Positions 23,593 to 37,816 of a stretch of DNA of 64,000 nt are shown here, piece by piece. The position numbers and the translations under genes are program-made. A model generated the notes under the pieces. It was not told the DNA's origin, searched no databases, and saw only the letters and a list, made by a program, of their open reading frames with translations. Location of the stretch: assembly GCA_050575255.1 (NCBI GenBank), contig JBNZDD010013718.1, positions 5,435,605-5,499,604 of the forward strand. The letters run 5' to 3'. The DNA is from Harriotta raleighana (taxonomy: Eukaryota). Numbering within the stretch: position 1 is the stretch's first letter; every line of letters starts with the position of its first letter.

Positions 23593-26415
23593 TTAAAAAA
23601 ACACCTCGATACTGTGATGGGACGATGGATGTTCTTGATGAGATAGCTCGAGGGTTACTCTGAACCAATCTTGTGATGAAATTAAAGACCTTATTCTGTC
23701 CCTGACTATTAACCAAAGGTAATATCACACACCAATATTGGTTATCACTGAGCTAACCTAGAGCTCCTTAAATTTGGAAACAAACAACTGTTTTAACTAT
23801 TGTGATCAGAGAATATCAAAGCCACTTTGAGGTGTTTTGTTGAGAACATCTGGAACGTCCTCTGATCTTGGAAAGATGAAAGGATTCTTGGCAAGGTCAG
23901 GCATTTTAACGCCACAAATTCAATTCAATACCTTCCCATAATTTAAAGCTGTTTCATGTTCTCATTTGCAATGAAGAGGTTTGCTCCATGAAAATAAAGT
24001 AGAAATCAGTTTTCAATGTGTTCTTTTTTTTGTGAAAGCTGCAGAGTTCAAGAGCATAACAAAGCACTCTATCAGTTTGGTTATATCCAGCAATATCACA
24101 GCGCATGTTAAATTTAACCTAAATGCAGGATGCATTTCCATCTGTGGATGACTTGAGTCTCGAATACATGTTCTCAGCTTAGTTGAACATTGATTAATCT
24201 GCATTTGATGCTGCATTAAATTAGCAGTTAGCAGTAGTAGTTAAAACAAATCTTTTTTCAGTCGCTGGGTAAAACTTCAGCACATCATGTTTAGCTTGCC
24301 ACTTCAATGGAGACTGCTTTTGAGAAGCCAGTGAAGTAGAGGGTAGTTCACAGAGTTAGGCAAACAACATTTTGAGAATACACAGTCAGTTCTAATATTG
24401 ACCCCGAAGTTCAGTTTTACAGAAAAATACAGAGCAATGAGTCACGTTGCCCGTACTGTCAAACTACAAACGGAATTATTTGTCAGAGCAGTTTGTCAAA
24501 CAGATGAATAGCCAGTTGGCCACTTCATAAAGTGGAGGTCAGCAAAATGATGTCGAAAACAATAAAAGCAACACTTATTTTTGTAACAATTTGTGGAAGT
24601 GAAGTTTTTTTTAACAAATAATGGAAAACAGCATTGTACAGACAAAAAACAAAACTGTAATTTTCAGGATTATACAACAGAGGTTCAAATCTTCAGGTAC
24701 CGCAATATCAATAAGTGTGTGACAAGTCATTGTCAATTTACTGACTGCCATTTTTAAAGTAAAGACTTTTTTTTTATTTCCCTGCTGTGAATCATTAGAT
24801 ATGTAGGCTATTGACTCAGCAGTTTAGAAAATTTTAATATACAGTATTGACTTTTCCAATGAAATAGAGAGTGCTTCCAAAACATGAAGGCAGCAGAATA
24901 CATAAGGACGTATTGTTGTAGCATTATATCAATCACTTACATAATTCCATAATTATTGGCAGCAAATGACAGCAGTATTAAACAGCACTGATAAACGACT
25001 GTACTGCAGTTCCACAGTCTCAGGTTTATTTAATGAACAAATTACAAAGTTACTTTGAACTCAGGCAAACTTTGCAGTTGTTATTATCAAACAGTGTTAT
25101 TATACTTCACTTTAAGTACTGAAACCAAGCAGAAATGTTTGATTGTGCTGGCATTAACTGTCCACTGCCAGTTGAACCTTCCAACATATCAGCTATGCCT
25201 TAGAGCAGCTCCAATGTAACTACAATTGGCACAAAGTTTGTTTGTTAAACACAAAAGGCAATACAAAACATTATGTTTCTCTTCCCTACAAATTGAAGAT
25301 TCCATTAGCTCTTTTCTACCTCTGGAAACTAATAATAATAATATTTTAACCCATAAAAAATACACAAATGTGCTGCCATGTTCATCTACAAATACACTCC
25401 ACAATAAAATTCCGTGAAGCGAATTGAAACATATATGAAAGGAGCTATACCGAATGTAAGGATTACTATCAAATACAGTCACAACACTTGAGAGCAAATC
25501 ATGTGAAGTGCTGCGCTTTGAGACATTTCAATAATATGATAAGGCGCCATATAAACGCAAGGATGATCTGCTGTCATTCATATTTCCAACTATTGCACTC
25601 GTCACCGAGACTAAATAAGGAACTCAACCATTTCACAACTGACTTTTGGCTTTTAGCTTATGACCATCTCTGCCTCAGCCCAAACTCTCATTATTAACAC
25701 TTTATTCAATGGATCACACACTCACTCCACTGACCTCTTGCCACTGGAATTGTTAATTAAGAAAAAGCAATTCATCTTCTCAAGCACCAGTGTCAATTGA
25801 GCCCAATCAATTAAAACACAGTCAATACTTAATCTAATGAATCACAACAACAGGCCTCAAGTAGCTACCTGCTTCTGAATGTATGCTCCCAAACCTCCAT
25901 TATCCATTAGTCGAGAAAATAGGCAATATAAGTGTGCATTCCATGTTCACACTGCTGCTCAAGCAATGAAAATGTCCTTATTGAACAGACAGAATTCTTG
26001 AACAAAAGTTGTTAAATCACCAGTTTTCATAATAAACCTTCCATTTGATATAGCGCCTGATCACATCATTAAAATCTCTCAAAGACTTCACAAAGTATAT
26101 TGGAAAATGAAGTGACTATATTTTGTGGGTGAAACGTAACATTCTAACACCCTTTGTGTTAAACAAAATTTAAATGAAGAATGTTTTTCTTAAACAATTT
26201 TAAGTAAGAAAGACATTGGTAAATGTGAATTGATTGAGTATGTTTTCAACTAATCGTTTGGAATGAATGTATGTCTGAATGAAAATAGCAGCAATCAATC
26301 AATTGTCTTGGTGTCAATATGTCTCATTGCATTGAAATCATCATTAATAATGTGATTCAGTATAAAGTCCTTTAAAATTAAATATTACTGTCAGTGCTAC
26401 TTAAAAGTGGCTTAG

Positions 26416-26715
26416 TGGCTTAGTGGTTAGAGCACTCGCCTTACAAGCATGAGATCTGTGTTCGAATCCAGGCAGATCAGGGCGAAACCTTGGGTAAGTT
26501 TCCTTACTCCACATACATAATAATAATCCCTCCAAAAAACCACAATAATAAAATTGGTCATTTCAATCCATGACTGTTTGTGGGACACTGCTGTGCGCAA
26601 TTGGCTGCTGCGTTTCGCCCACAAATATACAGTCAATTCACTTTACAGTATATTCTGTGAAGCACTTTGGGATGTCGATAAAATGTGAAAAGTGCTATAT
26701 CAAATGCAAGGATTA
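26416..26715 (+). mobile_element. tRNA-derived SINE, short variant
   Basis: Near-identical to 6122-6459. Confidence 0.9.
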
Positions 26716-29700
26716 AAAATGCAAAGATTAAATGCAGAACAATACTATTACACACACAACTTGGACTATGCTGTGTGAAATATTAGCTGTCCAATGTGAA
26801 AGGCGCTATACAAATATAATTTTGTTGTTGTCGTTGTTCAATACCATTGAATATGCATTGTTTGCATTTTGCTTGAGGATATTGCAGTTGCAGTGAGCAG
26901 ATTCTCTTTTATATAATCAAGTGACAGCTTTCAATTTTTAGATAAAGAAAAAGTGTAACTGCAAATGGATTCATATATTCCAGTTTCGGATTGTATTTAG
27001 ACACTTTTTAGCAGTAAATGTGCTTCATAATTCTATAAATTGCATTTTATCAAGCACTGACTTTAGTCTAAAATCATTATTGGAGGAATAATTCCAACAT
27101 AATCAAAAGTTCTTGGTATCAAACACACATTTAACACCATTTCATTTTTCATATAAACCCAGTTTTCCCTGCAGACACTGATCAGATTTTATAAGGCATA
27201 TGATCCACTGTAATGTAAAATGAGTTCACGATGAGCTATTTTATTCCATTAAATACTTAGGGATCCTGATCTACTAAAAAGCAAATGATGGCTTTGTCTC
27301 TCCTGTGAATATGGAACAATTTTTAAAAAAAAACTTTTTCTAATTTCTAATTTTTCTAGTGTTGTGAACCTCTGGCTGACTGCTTTCATGTAAGAATAGT
27401 TTTTAACAAGAGGTTGGTGTTTTATTATGTGTTTGTAATACATTGCTATCTTAATGACTCTATTTAAACTACAAAATCCCATAGCATAATTCCCTCTTTA
27501 ACCAGGTAGACAGACGTTTTTACAGTATTTATGATGAATACCACAATTGTTCCAGGCTCCAATTTTTCTCTCCTCTGTTGCAAGTATTGTCTTTATTATG
27601 TCCCTTAATATGTCCCTTATTATGGCCTGTTACATTGCCTACTACAACTGACCTTATGTTGCACTGCTCCTATGCATACTCACCAAACGTCTTAGGTAGC
27701 ACTTATAAATCTCTAGCTTGAAAGTTGAACAATGCAATTAAATCAATTGGAAACAGATAGATTGTACACAGATAGAGGTATCTATTTATTTTTAATCTGG
27801 GCAAGTGAAACTTGGTGAAAAAAGGTAACTTAAAAAACACCTTAGGAAACAGACCAGGATCCGCCATTTGTGTTCAGTTGAGAAACCTCGTCCTCACAAT
27901 TATGAATAAACAAGCTAGAAGTGAAAAGGTTTGGATGTCAGGTAGAATCTAAAGTAGCTTCAGTCATAACATTACCTAATACTATCTGAAGGACAGTGAA
28001 GATACCTGTAAGCAGGCTACTCTAAGAAAACAACCTGAAGCACATATTCACATTTCATTCATCAAATAATATTCTCAATGGCGGAATATACTGGTTGTTG
28101 GTTGTTGAGTGATGTATGTGCTATCAATGAGGATAGAAACCCATCGTACTTCAGCTGTTAAAAGCACAGCTGAAAATTGTAACCTTGGGTCACATTAATA
28201 TCCTCAAAGGATTTCATTCACTTTCAGATACAGGGTTTAAAATACACTTGATTTATTGAACTTAGCATGCAATGGGTTACAAAATAAGAGCTTTGTAACC
28301 TTGTCTGTCTGCTCAGTGGATACCTCATTGACAACACAGTGCAGTATTAAAACTCCTCCAGTAGTAGAGATAACCAGCCCAACTACAGTTTGCTTCTGAA
28401 AATTGCTATTGGTCTGAAATTAATCTGCTAATATAGACTAATTGCAGAAAAACATCAGCATTTGCCATGAAGTTACTCAAGTGAGGCTCGGGAAATAAAT
28501 CACAGAAAGTTGAATATTTAAGAGATAATCTATCACATTAATCTTCACATTGGGAACGATCGCAACACTTAGGCATTTTACTGGATCACCAAGAAATGTG
28601 GATTTCTTCCATCAACATGAAGGGCCAGTTGATGAACACAAATCTTTCTGTTCTGCGGAGTTTACAAATTCTATTCGAAAAATAATTGGACAAATGTAAG
28701 CTTGCATTTAAATGTACTCTGTTTGGAAAGATAATCAGGAAAAAAAGGTGTTTATTTCATTATCCGTGAATTAAAATCAGGACACACATTTAATAATACA
28801 GCAGTTTAATGTAAAATATTAAGCCAAACTATTTGCTGGTTCTTGATTTTTGGAGCTGTCTCCCTTGAGAAAAGCACCTACTATTATTCATGAGCAAATC
28901 TCCTGTGAGTTATGTGGCCATTTACCCTTGGTAGATATATATAAATGTAATTTTGATTGATTGATTGATCAGGTGCAATAAATCACTGTACAGATACGCT
29001 CTCCATATACAGTACTTTATGGGATCCACACATTAAGGAGCTAAGATGGCCCATAAAAAGCACCAGTCTAAGGAGTTTAACTATCGCAGAAGTGGTTTTC
29101 AAATAGAAAATGTTCAAAGTAAAGTCAGTGCCTTTATTGTTCTGTTTTGTTGAGTTACATTATCAAGATTGGATCAATATCTTCAACACAAATTAAGATT
29201 GCATTTAAAGATACTGTAATACCTGTAAAATGATATGAATAGTTTTCCTCACAGAAAATTATACAGCGCCCCCACCCCCAACACCCTTTTAGAAGACTGT
29301 AAAAGTCAATCTATTGCATAATGTACCGGAGAGATTGGGAATATCACATTATATCTATACAACTCAGTAAACTGGTGAATGCTAGAAAATTTTATGGTTT
29401 TTGGAAACAAATTTTCATTGTTGTGCACAAATAAAATGCTGCAGTATTACTAAACAGAAGTTTCATTGTCATTTCCTTATTCTAAACAGGAAACAACAGA
29501 GTTTAGGTCAATTATACAATGAAATCTACTGAAATGTAATGGAGCTTGACTGATCTTGTTTGAAGTGATCAGAAACATCTTAATGGGTTAACTGTGCTAT
29601 TATTATTGAAAAACATCATATGCTTCCTGCTGAACTGTGCTGTGGTCGCCCGCAATGGAGAAATCACTGTGTATTTATTATGCCTTCAGTTCACATGACA

Positions 29701-30004
29701 TTGAATCTAAAATCATATGCAGTGTGACAATTCAATGTTCTAATTACTTGTTTCCAAGTCATGAATACTAAATTATGAGATTTACAAAATGAAAATTCTG
29801 AAAGTTGAAATTCCCAATGAAAGTGCATGGGATCAATATTCACAAACCACATTATCACATTGAATATTGCAAATTAAACCCCAATGCAAAAGCATGACAT
29901 AGTTTGTCAAAGATTTTGATTGATTGATTGATTAAGACACCTCCTAACTAAAAGACATAATTGTGCTGTGTAAGTTTCCCTACTATTTTAAAGTAGATTA
30001 ACTT

Positions 30005-30146
30005 CATGATTTGGGGAGGACAGGTTTGCGGGGTTATGGGGAGAGAGCTGGGGAGTGGGATTGACTTTGAATAGCTCTTTTCAAAGAGTCGGCACAGACT
30101 ATATGGGCCAAAAGGCCTCCTTTTGTGCTGTAAAATTCTGTGATTT
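30005..30146 (+). mobile_element. CR1 LINE 3' end fragment
   Basis: gggttatggggagagagc...ggcacagactatatgggccaaaaggcctccttttgtgctgtaaaattctgtgatt, matching 23450-23592. Confidence 0.75.
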
Positions 30147-30882
30147 ATTATCTAGTCGTCTCCATCATAAAAGCACTGACATCTATGGGAATTGCTCTCA
30201 ATGCAACCAATATTTAACACTGATAAGTATTTACCCAATTCAACAATATTGTGGTAATTTCATTACAAAGACAGACTATAATCTAAATTAGAATAATTTA
30301 ATGTTTCCCACAAACATATTAAAATATTTTTCAATTTCTGGGCCATAAAATCAGTGCAATCCTCTGCAACAGTAGTTAATATAATGCTCTGATTTATAAG
30401 CAGTCCCAATGGCTGTATCAAAATCAATAATGGTGCGTTTTCCTTGCTCCAATTTAATGCACGGCTTTTGATTGCTCTGTGCCAATTTTCAGAACAGAAT
30501 GGCTCTGCAAGGACAGTCATTTCAATTGAAGAGCAATTTACATTGATTTCAGACACTCAGATACGGGTGCAGCTCCCTGGCGGTGTATGTGAAATGCTGT
30601 GTTCTTTCTATCAACACCCAGTCAATGCACTTAAACCAAACATTGCTTAATCTCAAATAGCCGCTGTTTTTGCTAATGCAGTATTTTAGATTTAGACCAT
30701 TACAGAAATATTCTACGGTATTTACAGGAAAACTAGGCAGCAGAGGAGATCCAAGTTTCTGTGTCTGATTCTTAACTTGTAGGATTAATGGAGAGGTCAT
30801 TATATTGTGTCCCATGCTGTAAAAATTGCGTGGCAAAAAAAAAGCAGCAACTACCAGTTCTTAATAATAAGAGACCTCATGG

Positions 30883-30888
30883 TTTATT
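30883..30888 (-). terminator. Candidate FAH poly(A) signal
   Basis: First AATAAA on the minus strand, ~150 nt after the FAH stop. Confidence 0.5.
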
Positions 30889-31039
30889 CCAACACTTATT
30901 AGTGAATATTCACAGAATTGGTACCATTTACTTTGGCGACTGAGATAGATTCTTAAATTGAGGCAACATCATGTTTGCAGCATTATTGGAGAATAGGCAA
31001 TGTTCCTCATTCGGTCCTCTTCAGAAAATGCCCAGTGCA

Positions 31040-31116
31040 TTACGTCTGAATTGCTGGAAGCACTTTCCCAGTACATTGTCCAAATCCTATTCGATATCCA
31101 GTACCTTGGCAAAAGC
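31040..31116 (-). CDS. FAH: Fumarylacetoacetate hydrolase exon 14 (last)
   Basis: (G)[24 protein letters not shown]; acceptor ctccag; 77 nt. Confidence 0.95.
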
Positions 31117-31296
31117 CTGGAGATTCAAAAGAGACCAAAATTAGCAAATAATTACACTGAGTTAAATAGAATTTGATATTTCAAATTGTTATTTATGGTC
31201 AAAACAGATACGATGCAAGCCAAACTTGCCATACCAAGTGCTGAAGATACTTGGGAGAACTGCATTCTTTCCCCAATTATGTGTCATTGCTCTATT

Positions 31297-31900
31297 CAAC
31301 AACATTTGTAGAGAGCCTTTCATGTCAGGAGGACTTCCTAAGGTGCTCTACAGTCAAGGGTTGGAATCCGAGCAATGTGTGCGGGGGGGCAGGGTTAGGG
31401 AGGGGGGGGCCAAGGACGACTAAAGGCACGGTCAAAGAAGAAGGTCTTGAGACCAGTCTTGAAGGAGGCGAGGGAGGGAGCAAGGCAGAAGGACTGTGGG
31501 ATGGAGTTCCAAACTGTGGGGGCAGAGAGGCTGAAGGCCCCGCCGCTGATGGTAGGGTGAGTCGAGCTGGAGACATGGAGCAGCCGGAGAATGCTGAATG
31601 GCGGGAGGGGCAGATTGATAGGGAGTTAGCATGTCAAAGAGTTAGGAGTGGGCAAGGGCATGGAGGGCCTTGAAAGTGAGAACAAGGACCTGTAATTTGA
31701 TCGTCTGAGGAATGGGAAGCCAGCGGAGCTGAGCGAGGATGAGGTGATTGGGTCGCAGAGCTGGGTGTGGGAGAGGATATGACCTGCAGAGTTTGGGATT
31801 ATCTGCAGTTTGTGGAGGGAAGAATTGGGGAGGCTGACAAAGATGGAGTTTCCATAGTCGAGCCTAGAGGTGACAAACATGTGTGTAAGGGTCAACAACA
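31297..31900 (-). mobile_element. L2 LINE 3' fragment in FAH intron 13
   Basis: Translates HMFVTSRLDYGNS..LP..LHKLQ (L2 ORF2 motif), frameshifted; 3' part matches 22921-23306. Confidence 0.88.
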
Positions 31901-33065
31901 TATTCACAGAAATTTGCAGACAAGAAGAAGGCCATTCAACCCATCATGTCTACCCCTATCCTATCTCTTTCTCTCTCTCATAATATGAGCTGCTCATAAT
32001 ATCCAGCTCATCCTCTCTTGCTCTTTGTGCCTTCGGTTGACAAGCTGTAGCTATCAGTTTCTAATGTGAGATTAATTATCACTTCATATTTTATTCTGCA
32101 TTGAAAGAAGATAAATCTAAGCATATATCTTTCAAAGAGCCAGATGGACACAATGCACTTCTTCTGTCATTCTCTGGGTTAAAAGGCACTAATAGCTCTA
32201 CTGAAAAGGCAAAATTAATATATATATTTTAAAACTTATGCTCTGTATGATGAAGCCAGCTGCTTCCCTCGATACTGTATGCTGCCTATTACACCCAGTG
32301 GCATTGGCAGTGACTCAGCCTGAGAAACTGAGCAGACACACAGAGGATAAATTATTTACTTGGGCACAAGCTGGTTGTGAAGGTAAATGACCTGCATACA
32401 AATGAGTAGAAGTGTCCTGAAATTGATCTAGGAAGAAATTTCCATACAAGTACCGTAGCTTGAGTATTAAAAATACAACAGTGCAAATGTTAAGAAGAAT
32501 CCTTGAAAATACAACTGCTCTCGGGGCCAGTTTATGCCCACAGTAAACATGGTTTGTTTCCATGTAAAGTTTTCCTGCAATGAGGGCCTGGTGTTTTTTA
32601 TCTGCTACAATCAAATTGTTGCCTTGCCTCCAGACAGAAAGCCAGGGAAAAAATGTGCATATGGTCAAGTGGGAAGGACGACAAAAATTGGTTTTAATTT
32701 ATTTGTTCCCAAGACAAAAAGTCCAGTCAGCTTCTGAATTCTGTGGGCAACTAATCTTCTCTCTCCTGAACACTGAGATAAAGGGCAACATTTTTTTTTA
32801 AAAAGCAGCCTCACAGTGATAATGTATTACTGTAATTTTGCACACAGGAAAAATAGCTTTCATCTCCAATGCCCTTTGAGAGCTGGTACGTGGGAAGACA
32901 TGAGGTTCCATAGTTTAGTCTGCACAATCTTAAACACGTGAAAAGTTTTCTTTCCTAGTACAGTAGTTTGAGGAGTTTGAAATGCAGCAGTGGATTCAGT
33001 TCATTTGTTAGTTAAACTGACAAGACCAAATGTCACGTTGGTTGACCTGTTAAAGATTCACTGAC

Positions 33066-33183
33066 CAGTTATTATGACTTCATCACCATCCTGAAGGAAC
33101 TTGCGAGTTTGTCCATTGCCAAGGTCAACCGACTTTGTTCCTTTCCATGACAACTCCAACATAGAGCCAAAGCTGTCTGGTGT
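33066..33183 (-). CDS. FAH: FAH exon 13
   Basis: [39 protein letters not shown](G); 118 nt; AG/GT boundaries. Confidence 0.95.
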
Positions 33184-34092
33184 CTGTAACAAGCAGTCAC
33201 ATTACACAACGCCATCAAATTCAAAGTCTGACAGAAAGCACTGCATCAAAATCAGCGGGTGGCCACTAATCAAAGAACAACTATCAACATTGAAGATCTA
33301 AACCAATATGTTATCTGTGCATAATCACTTTCACAAGCAATCATTTTCAGTCACCATTTGAAAACATATTGCTCACTCAGAAAATAAATTGCTGAGTTGC
33401 AGCATTTGCTGGAACATGTACATGACTGCTTTCGCAGGGCTACCAATTTCAGGAACATCTGTAACTAACAGAGTTTAATGGTGGAATCATCCTCCGATGG
33501 TAACCTCAAAATAGCATAAGTGAGGTTTAGATAACAAGTCCCTTCAGCCCAGTTGATCTCATCTTTCTAAAATACACACCCTATTATCTCGTCATCTCTG
33601 CAGGGACTAAACCCTTCTTGCCCATTGTGTTTTACTGATTGTGGTCTTCACATTGCTGACCTATATTAAACCTTGCCCATAGTTAGAAAATAGTCTGAAT
33701 TTATAACCTAGAAACTACTGTTCAGTGCTTTGGGACGTCCTCTCGAAGTGAAAGGCGCTATACAAGTGTAACTTTGTTGTTGTTGTTGTTGTTATACTGC
33801 ACAGTCCCAACTACTGGGATTGCTGTGAATTCTGCACCACAGTATAAATATGCTGTCAAGGCAACAAACCAGCAATCTCAAGATTCTGCAGTTATTTATA
33901 TTTGAATGGACATATTCTTCCTGTTTTCCAGTGCTCTCAACCCAATACACACAACGATATTAAAGATACATTGAAACTCATTCTTAACGAGTCTAACAAT
34001 CATTAGGCCTTGCTTCCAGAGTTCCTACTGGAATTTTCCATCACATTTCATTGACACCAAGCAATGAAAGGTGGAAGGCAATCGAGACTCAC

Positions 34093-34194
34093 GGGACCAC
34101 TGATAGTTCCAGATGCCATCAGGTCTGCTGGCCGTACATTACACCCATTAACAGTATGATGAGAGAGTTGCTGCTTCATGGTCCAGTACATGTG
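34093..34194 (-). CDS. FAH: FAH exon 12
   Basis: [34 protein letters not shown]; 102 nt; donor GTGAGT. Confidence 0.95.
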
Positions 34195-35296
34195 CTAAAG
34201 AGAAAACACTATCACAAACAAGCACAGCGTATGGCAGTCAGGCTTATGTAAAGCCAATTTAAATATTAATGGAATCTGTCACCATCATCACCATGTATCA
34301 GATAACATACATTTCATGAAATGCGTTTGTAAAATCCAATCATGCAGAGATGGAAGGGGGGAAATGAGGGCATCCAGAATCTCCATTAATTGTTAATTGT
34401 TAACTTGCAGTGTGAAAACACGCTTAGCAAATGACTTCCTAGAACAGTAATATAATTTGACCATGAACACCGCAACATACGCATTGTGTAATAAAAGGTA
34501 AAATACAAGTGCAGTCAATATGTGTAAAATAAACTAGAAAATGTATTACTGTTCTGGGAACAGAATAGTGAATCTCCCGCTGAGGACCCATGTTGCAGTT
34601 TAAATGGAAACGCATCAACACAGCAGGTGGTTAAAGGGTGTGTACTGACTGTTGTACTGTATGTTTATAAAGTAAAGTACAGAGCTCATGCAACCATTTT
34701 GGATTCTGGACAAACCAACATATAAATTTAAATATATTAACAAAATACAGAGGATAAACTGAGTAAATTAATTTGCAATGCACCATAAAAACACATGGGC
34801 AGAAAGTGGAGAGTTAAAGAGATGCACTAAGTTTATGGATAGCCGGACATTCTGATTTCACAGAGGGAAGAAAATGTTTAATTCAGCCAGAAAAAGCTGT
34901 TGGGTTTGATCATCTTTGTTGGGACTGGATGATGTTCATGACTTATTGTATTGGCCTTCAACTCTGGGCCGTGAATTCGAATCCAACCCAAAAATTATTA
35001 AAAGTCTCTTTTCATTTTGCCTGTAAGGGTTTTATGTCAACTAAACCTGACAGCTGTAACCAAGTTTAATCTGTGTGAGCCTTTTCCCTCGGGTTGAAAA
35101 ATTGTTTCATAAGTATGTGTGTCTGTTGGAGTGGAGGAGATACAGCAAGAGATATTATTACTAGTGATGTTTTGATACGCTGTAATTTTGCTTTGGCCTC
35201 AGTCCCACGCATGACAAACTGTATAGATTTCAAATCCCGCTCCTGTTAAGCAGTATATCATTCAAAATGGTCAATGCAAGACCCTGAAAATCTTAC

Positions 35297-35343
35297 CTTG
35301 AAGTTAGACTCACAAACACTAGTCATTTCAGCCATCCCTTTAC
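35297..35343 (-). CDS. FAH: FAH exon 11
   Basis: (G)KGMAEMTSVCESNFK; 47 nt; donor GTAAGA. Confidence 0.93.
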
Positions 35344-35465
35344 CTGTCACAAAACAACCAAAGAAACATCCTTGGAGCCACTTTGAAGGATTCAGCATCT
35401 TAACCCTCTCAATTATAGCAGCACTTAGAAAATCGTAGCAAAAGATTGTATTGGAACAACAAACA

Positions 35466-35832
35466 AAATAATAATAACAATCCTTGCAGTTGATGTAGAA
35501 CAGAAGGATGTCCAAGGCACTGGACAGTTACTGCTTCAGACTGATCTGAGGACGCAGGGGGGAAGGGAAGAAGGGGATAAGAACGTTTCTTGCCTGGAGT
35601 GTCTCAAAGTACTTCACATAATATACTGCAAAGTGAATTGACTGTATATTTGTGGGCGAGACGCGGCAGCCAATTGCGCACAGCAGTGTCCCACAAACAA
35701 TCATAGATTAAAATGACCAATATTTCTTATTGTTTTTTTCTTGAGGGATTATTATCAGGCATGTGGAGTAAGGAAACTTACTCAAGGTTTCGTCCTGTCT
35801 GGAATCGAACTCAGGTTTCTCGAATGTAAGGC
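35466..35832 (-). mobile_element. tRNA-derived SINE (inverted) with an L2 3' segment embedded at ~35505-35581
   Basis: Reverse complement of SINE tail, body and B box; purine-rich insert matches the L2 end at 36491-36568. Confidence 0.8.
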
Positions 35833-36490
35833 ACGACAAGTAGAAATATTTCTTATTTGTATTCATATTGCATTACATATAAATTACTATTCTAAAGGAT
35901 TCTATATGTAAAGCTGAGAAAAGAGAGAATACATTTTCATCCAATATACTTCTTACTATAAATACTGTACTTAGTAATCATAGGCTAGAAAGTAAACTTT
36001 TATTTTGCTAACTGCTATATGTAATGAGATTGAAAATGCAAGAGCTGCACATTTCTAATCGAGTGAAAATATTAAGCTTTGAATGACAACGAAAGTCCTT
36101 TCCATTGTAAAGTAAATGGCAGGATCCGGTGTGAAATAACAATGTGAAACTTCTCGTCTCTGATTTCACAAGATTAGATTAGGTTTAATTATCTTTAATT
36201 GAATTAGATTAGAGGTTAGAATGCAGGTCCTTCAGCACAATGGATCGCCACTTTTTATTTATGTTATGATTAACACTTTCAATTATAAACATTCCTCCCC
36301 AGGTCGAAATACACTGCTTTCTCCCTCCTACATCCAAACCCCGAGTCCCACACATCTTGTACTTTAACACATATTCTACTTTCCTACTCAATTGATTTTC
36401 CCTCTAATTCAAGACTGGACTTCCTTCCCTGCTCTCTATACACTACAGTAGTTTAAATCCAAATCCTGGTGATGGACCCATCAGCAATGC

Positions 36491-36620
36491 CTTATCCCCT
36501 TCTTTCCTTCCCCCCTGCGTCCTCAGATCAGTCTGAAGCAGTAACTGTCCAGCGCCTTGGGACGTCCTCCTGATGTGAAAGGGGCTATGCAAATGTAATT
36601 TTGTAGTTGTTGTTGCTGTT
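36491..36620 (+). mobile_element. L2 LINE 3' end
   Basis: cagcgccttgggacgtcctcctgatgtgaaaggggctat stem and (TTG)n tail. Confidence 0.8.
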
Positions 36621-36848
36621 ACCGGACAGACTATTCATCCCTTTTCCTAATTAATTCCTTATTTATATTTATAATTTATATTTTCCTTTCTCCTACCACG
36701 TGTCACATTCAAGGCACTTGTGGGCCTTGCCCCTTCACCTCGGTTTTAGAATGAAAGCAGTTTGAATACACAGGTTTATAAAAGTTTATGCTTTAAAAAT
36801 ATAACACGGGTTCACTGTGAATGATGTTGAGCAGAATTTACGACGTAC

Positions 36849-36924
36849 CTTTGATGGACACACAAAGGTTGATGTCAAAGATGTAAGGATCGCTGTGGCA
36901 CAAATATGGCAGAGGTTTTGGATC
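36849..36924 (-). CDS. FAH: FAH exon 10
   Basis: [25 protein letters not shown](G); 76 nt. Confidence 0.95.
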
Positions 36925-37685
36925 CTGCAAAATAAAAGATAATTAAAGAAAGCATGTAAGCAATGAACACTTGTGAAACAGCAATAATGATCAAATTAAT
37001 CAATAAATAATCCTACTACATTTATGACATCATCTACCATGGAAACCTCAATCTCAGTTTAAAGACCGGCAATATACTGTATTGTTTCCACCCACAAAAT
37101 AGTCAACCAACTTTGCAGTATAATCTGTGAAACACTTTGCATGGATGTCTCATTAACATGATAAGGTGCTGTATCAAACGCAAGGATCATTATTGTGATG
37201 TTTATTTGAAGGTTTTACCAAGTATATTTTCCAGATTTTGGCACTTTACTGTACTTTACAAAACAAGGGCTTATTATTATTGATGCAAAAGAGAAACAAC
37301 TGCACTGAACGTGACAAATCTCAACTGCCTTCTCTCTCAGACCATTCCTGCTCCGTGGTGAAGGCCTGTACAGGCCAGTGATTGGAGAACTCCATGGTCT
37401 NGGTGAAGGCCTGTACAGGCCGGTGATTGGAGAACTCCATGGTCTCTGGTAAAAATAAGTTTCTGCTCATACTACGGCAATGAAAGAAACTGTCAATCAT
37501 CTTATTCAAATGTTATCCAAATGTTAGCTCATGATTCTGCAACGCAATAAGCTACTTCTGCTTTATTAGCACTGTACCCGGATGCTACCCGGCGTAAAGG
37601 GCGCTACATAAATGCAAATTGTGGTAGTTGTTATATACCATGTGTTTGTAATACTTTTTACGCACCCTGCCACCTTCCAATTTAC

Positions 37686-37816
37686 CTGCACAGTATTGGG
37701 CAGCACAAATGGCATGAGAGCTTCCATTGGTACAACCCACGGTGAGATTGTGGTCCCAAAGCTTTTCCCAAGAAAGGGTCCCAGGGGAATATATTCCCAT
37801 TTCTGGATATCTCGTG
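37686..37816 (-). CDS. FAH: FAH exon 9
   Basis: (A)[43 protein letters not shown]; 131 nt; active-site RDIQ and GKSF motifs. Confidence 0.97.

Noticed and set aside
31226-31988. ORF cluster inside FAH intron 13
   Set aside because: Decayed L2 ORF2 remnant, not a nested gene.
37357-37445. Apparent 44-bp direct repeat, superficially CRISPR-like
   Set aside because: Only two copies around an N, no spacers, eukaryotic context and no cas genes.
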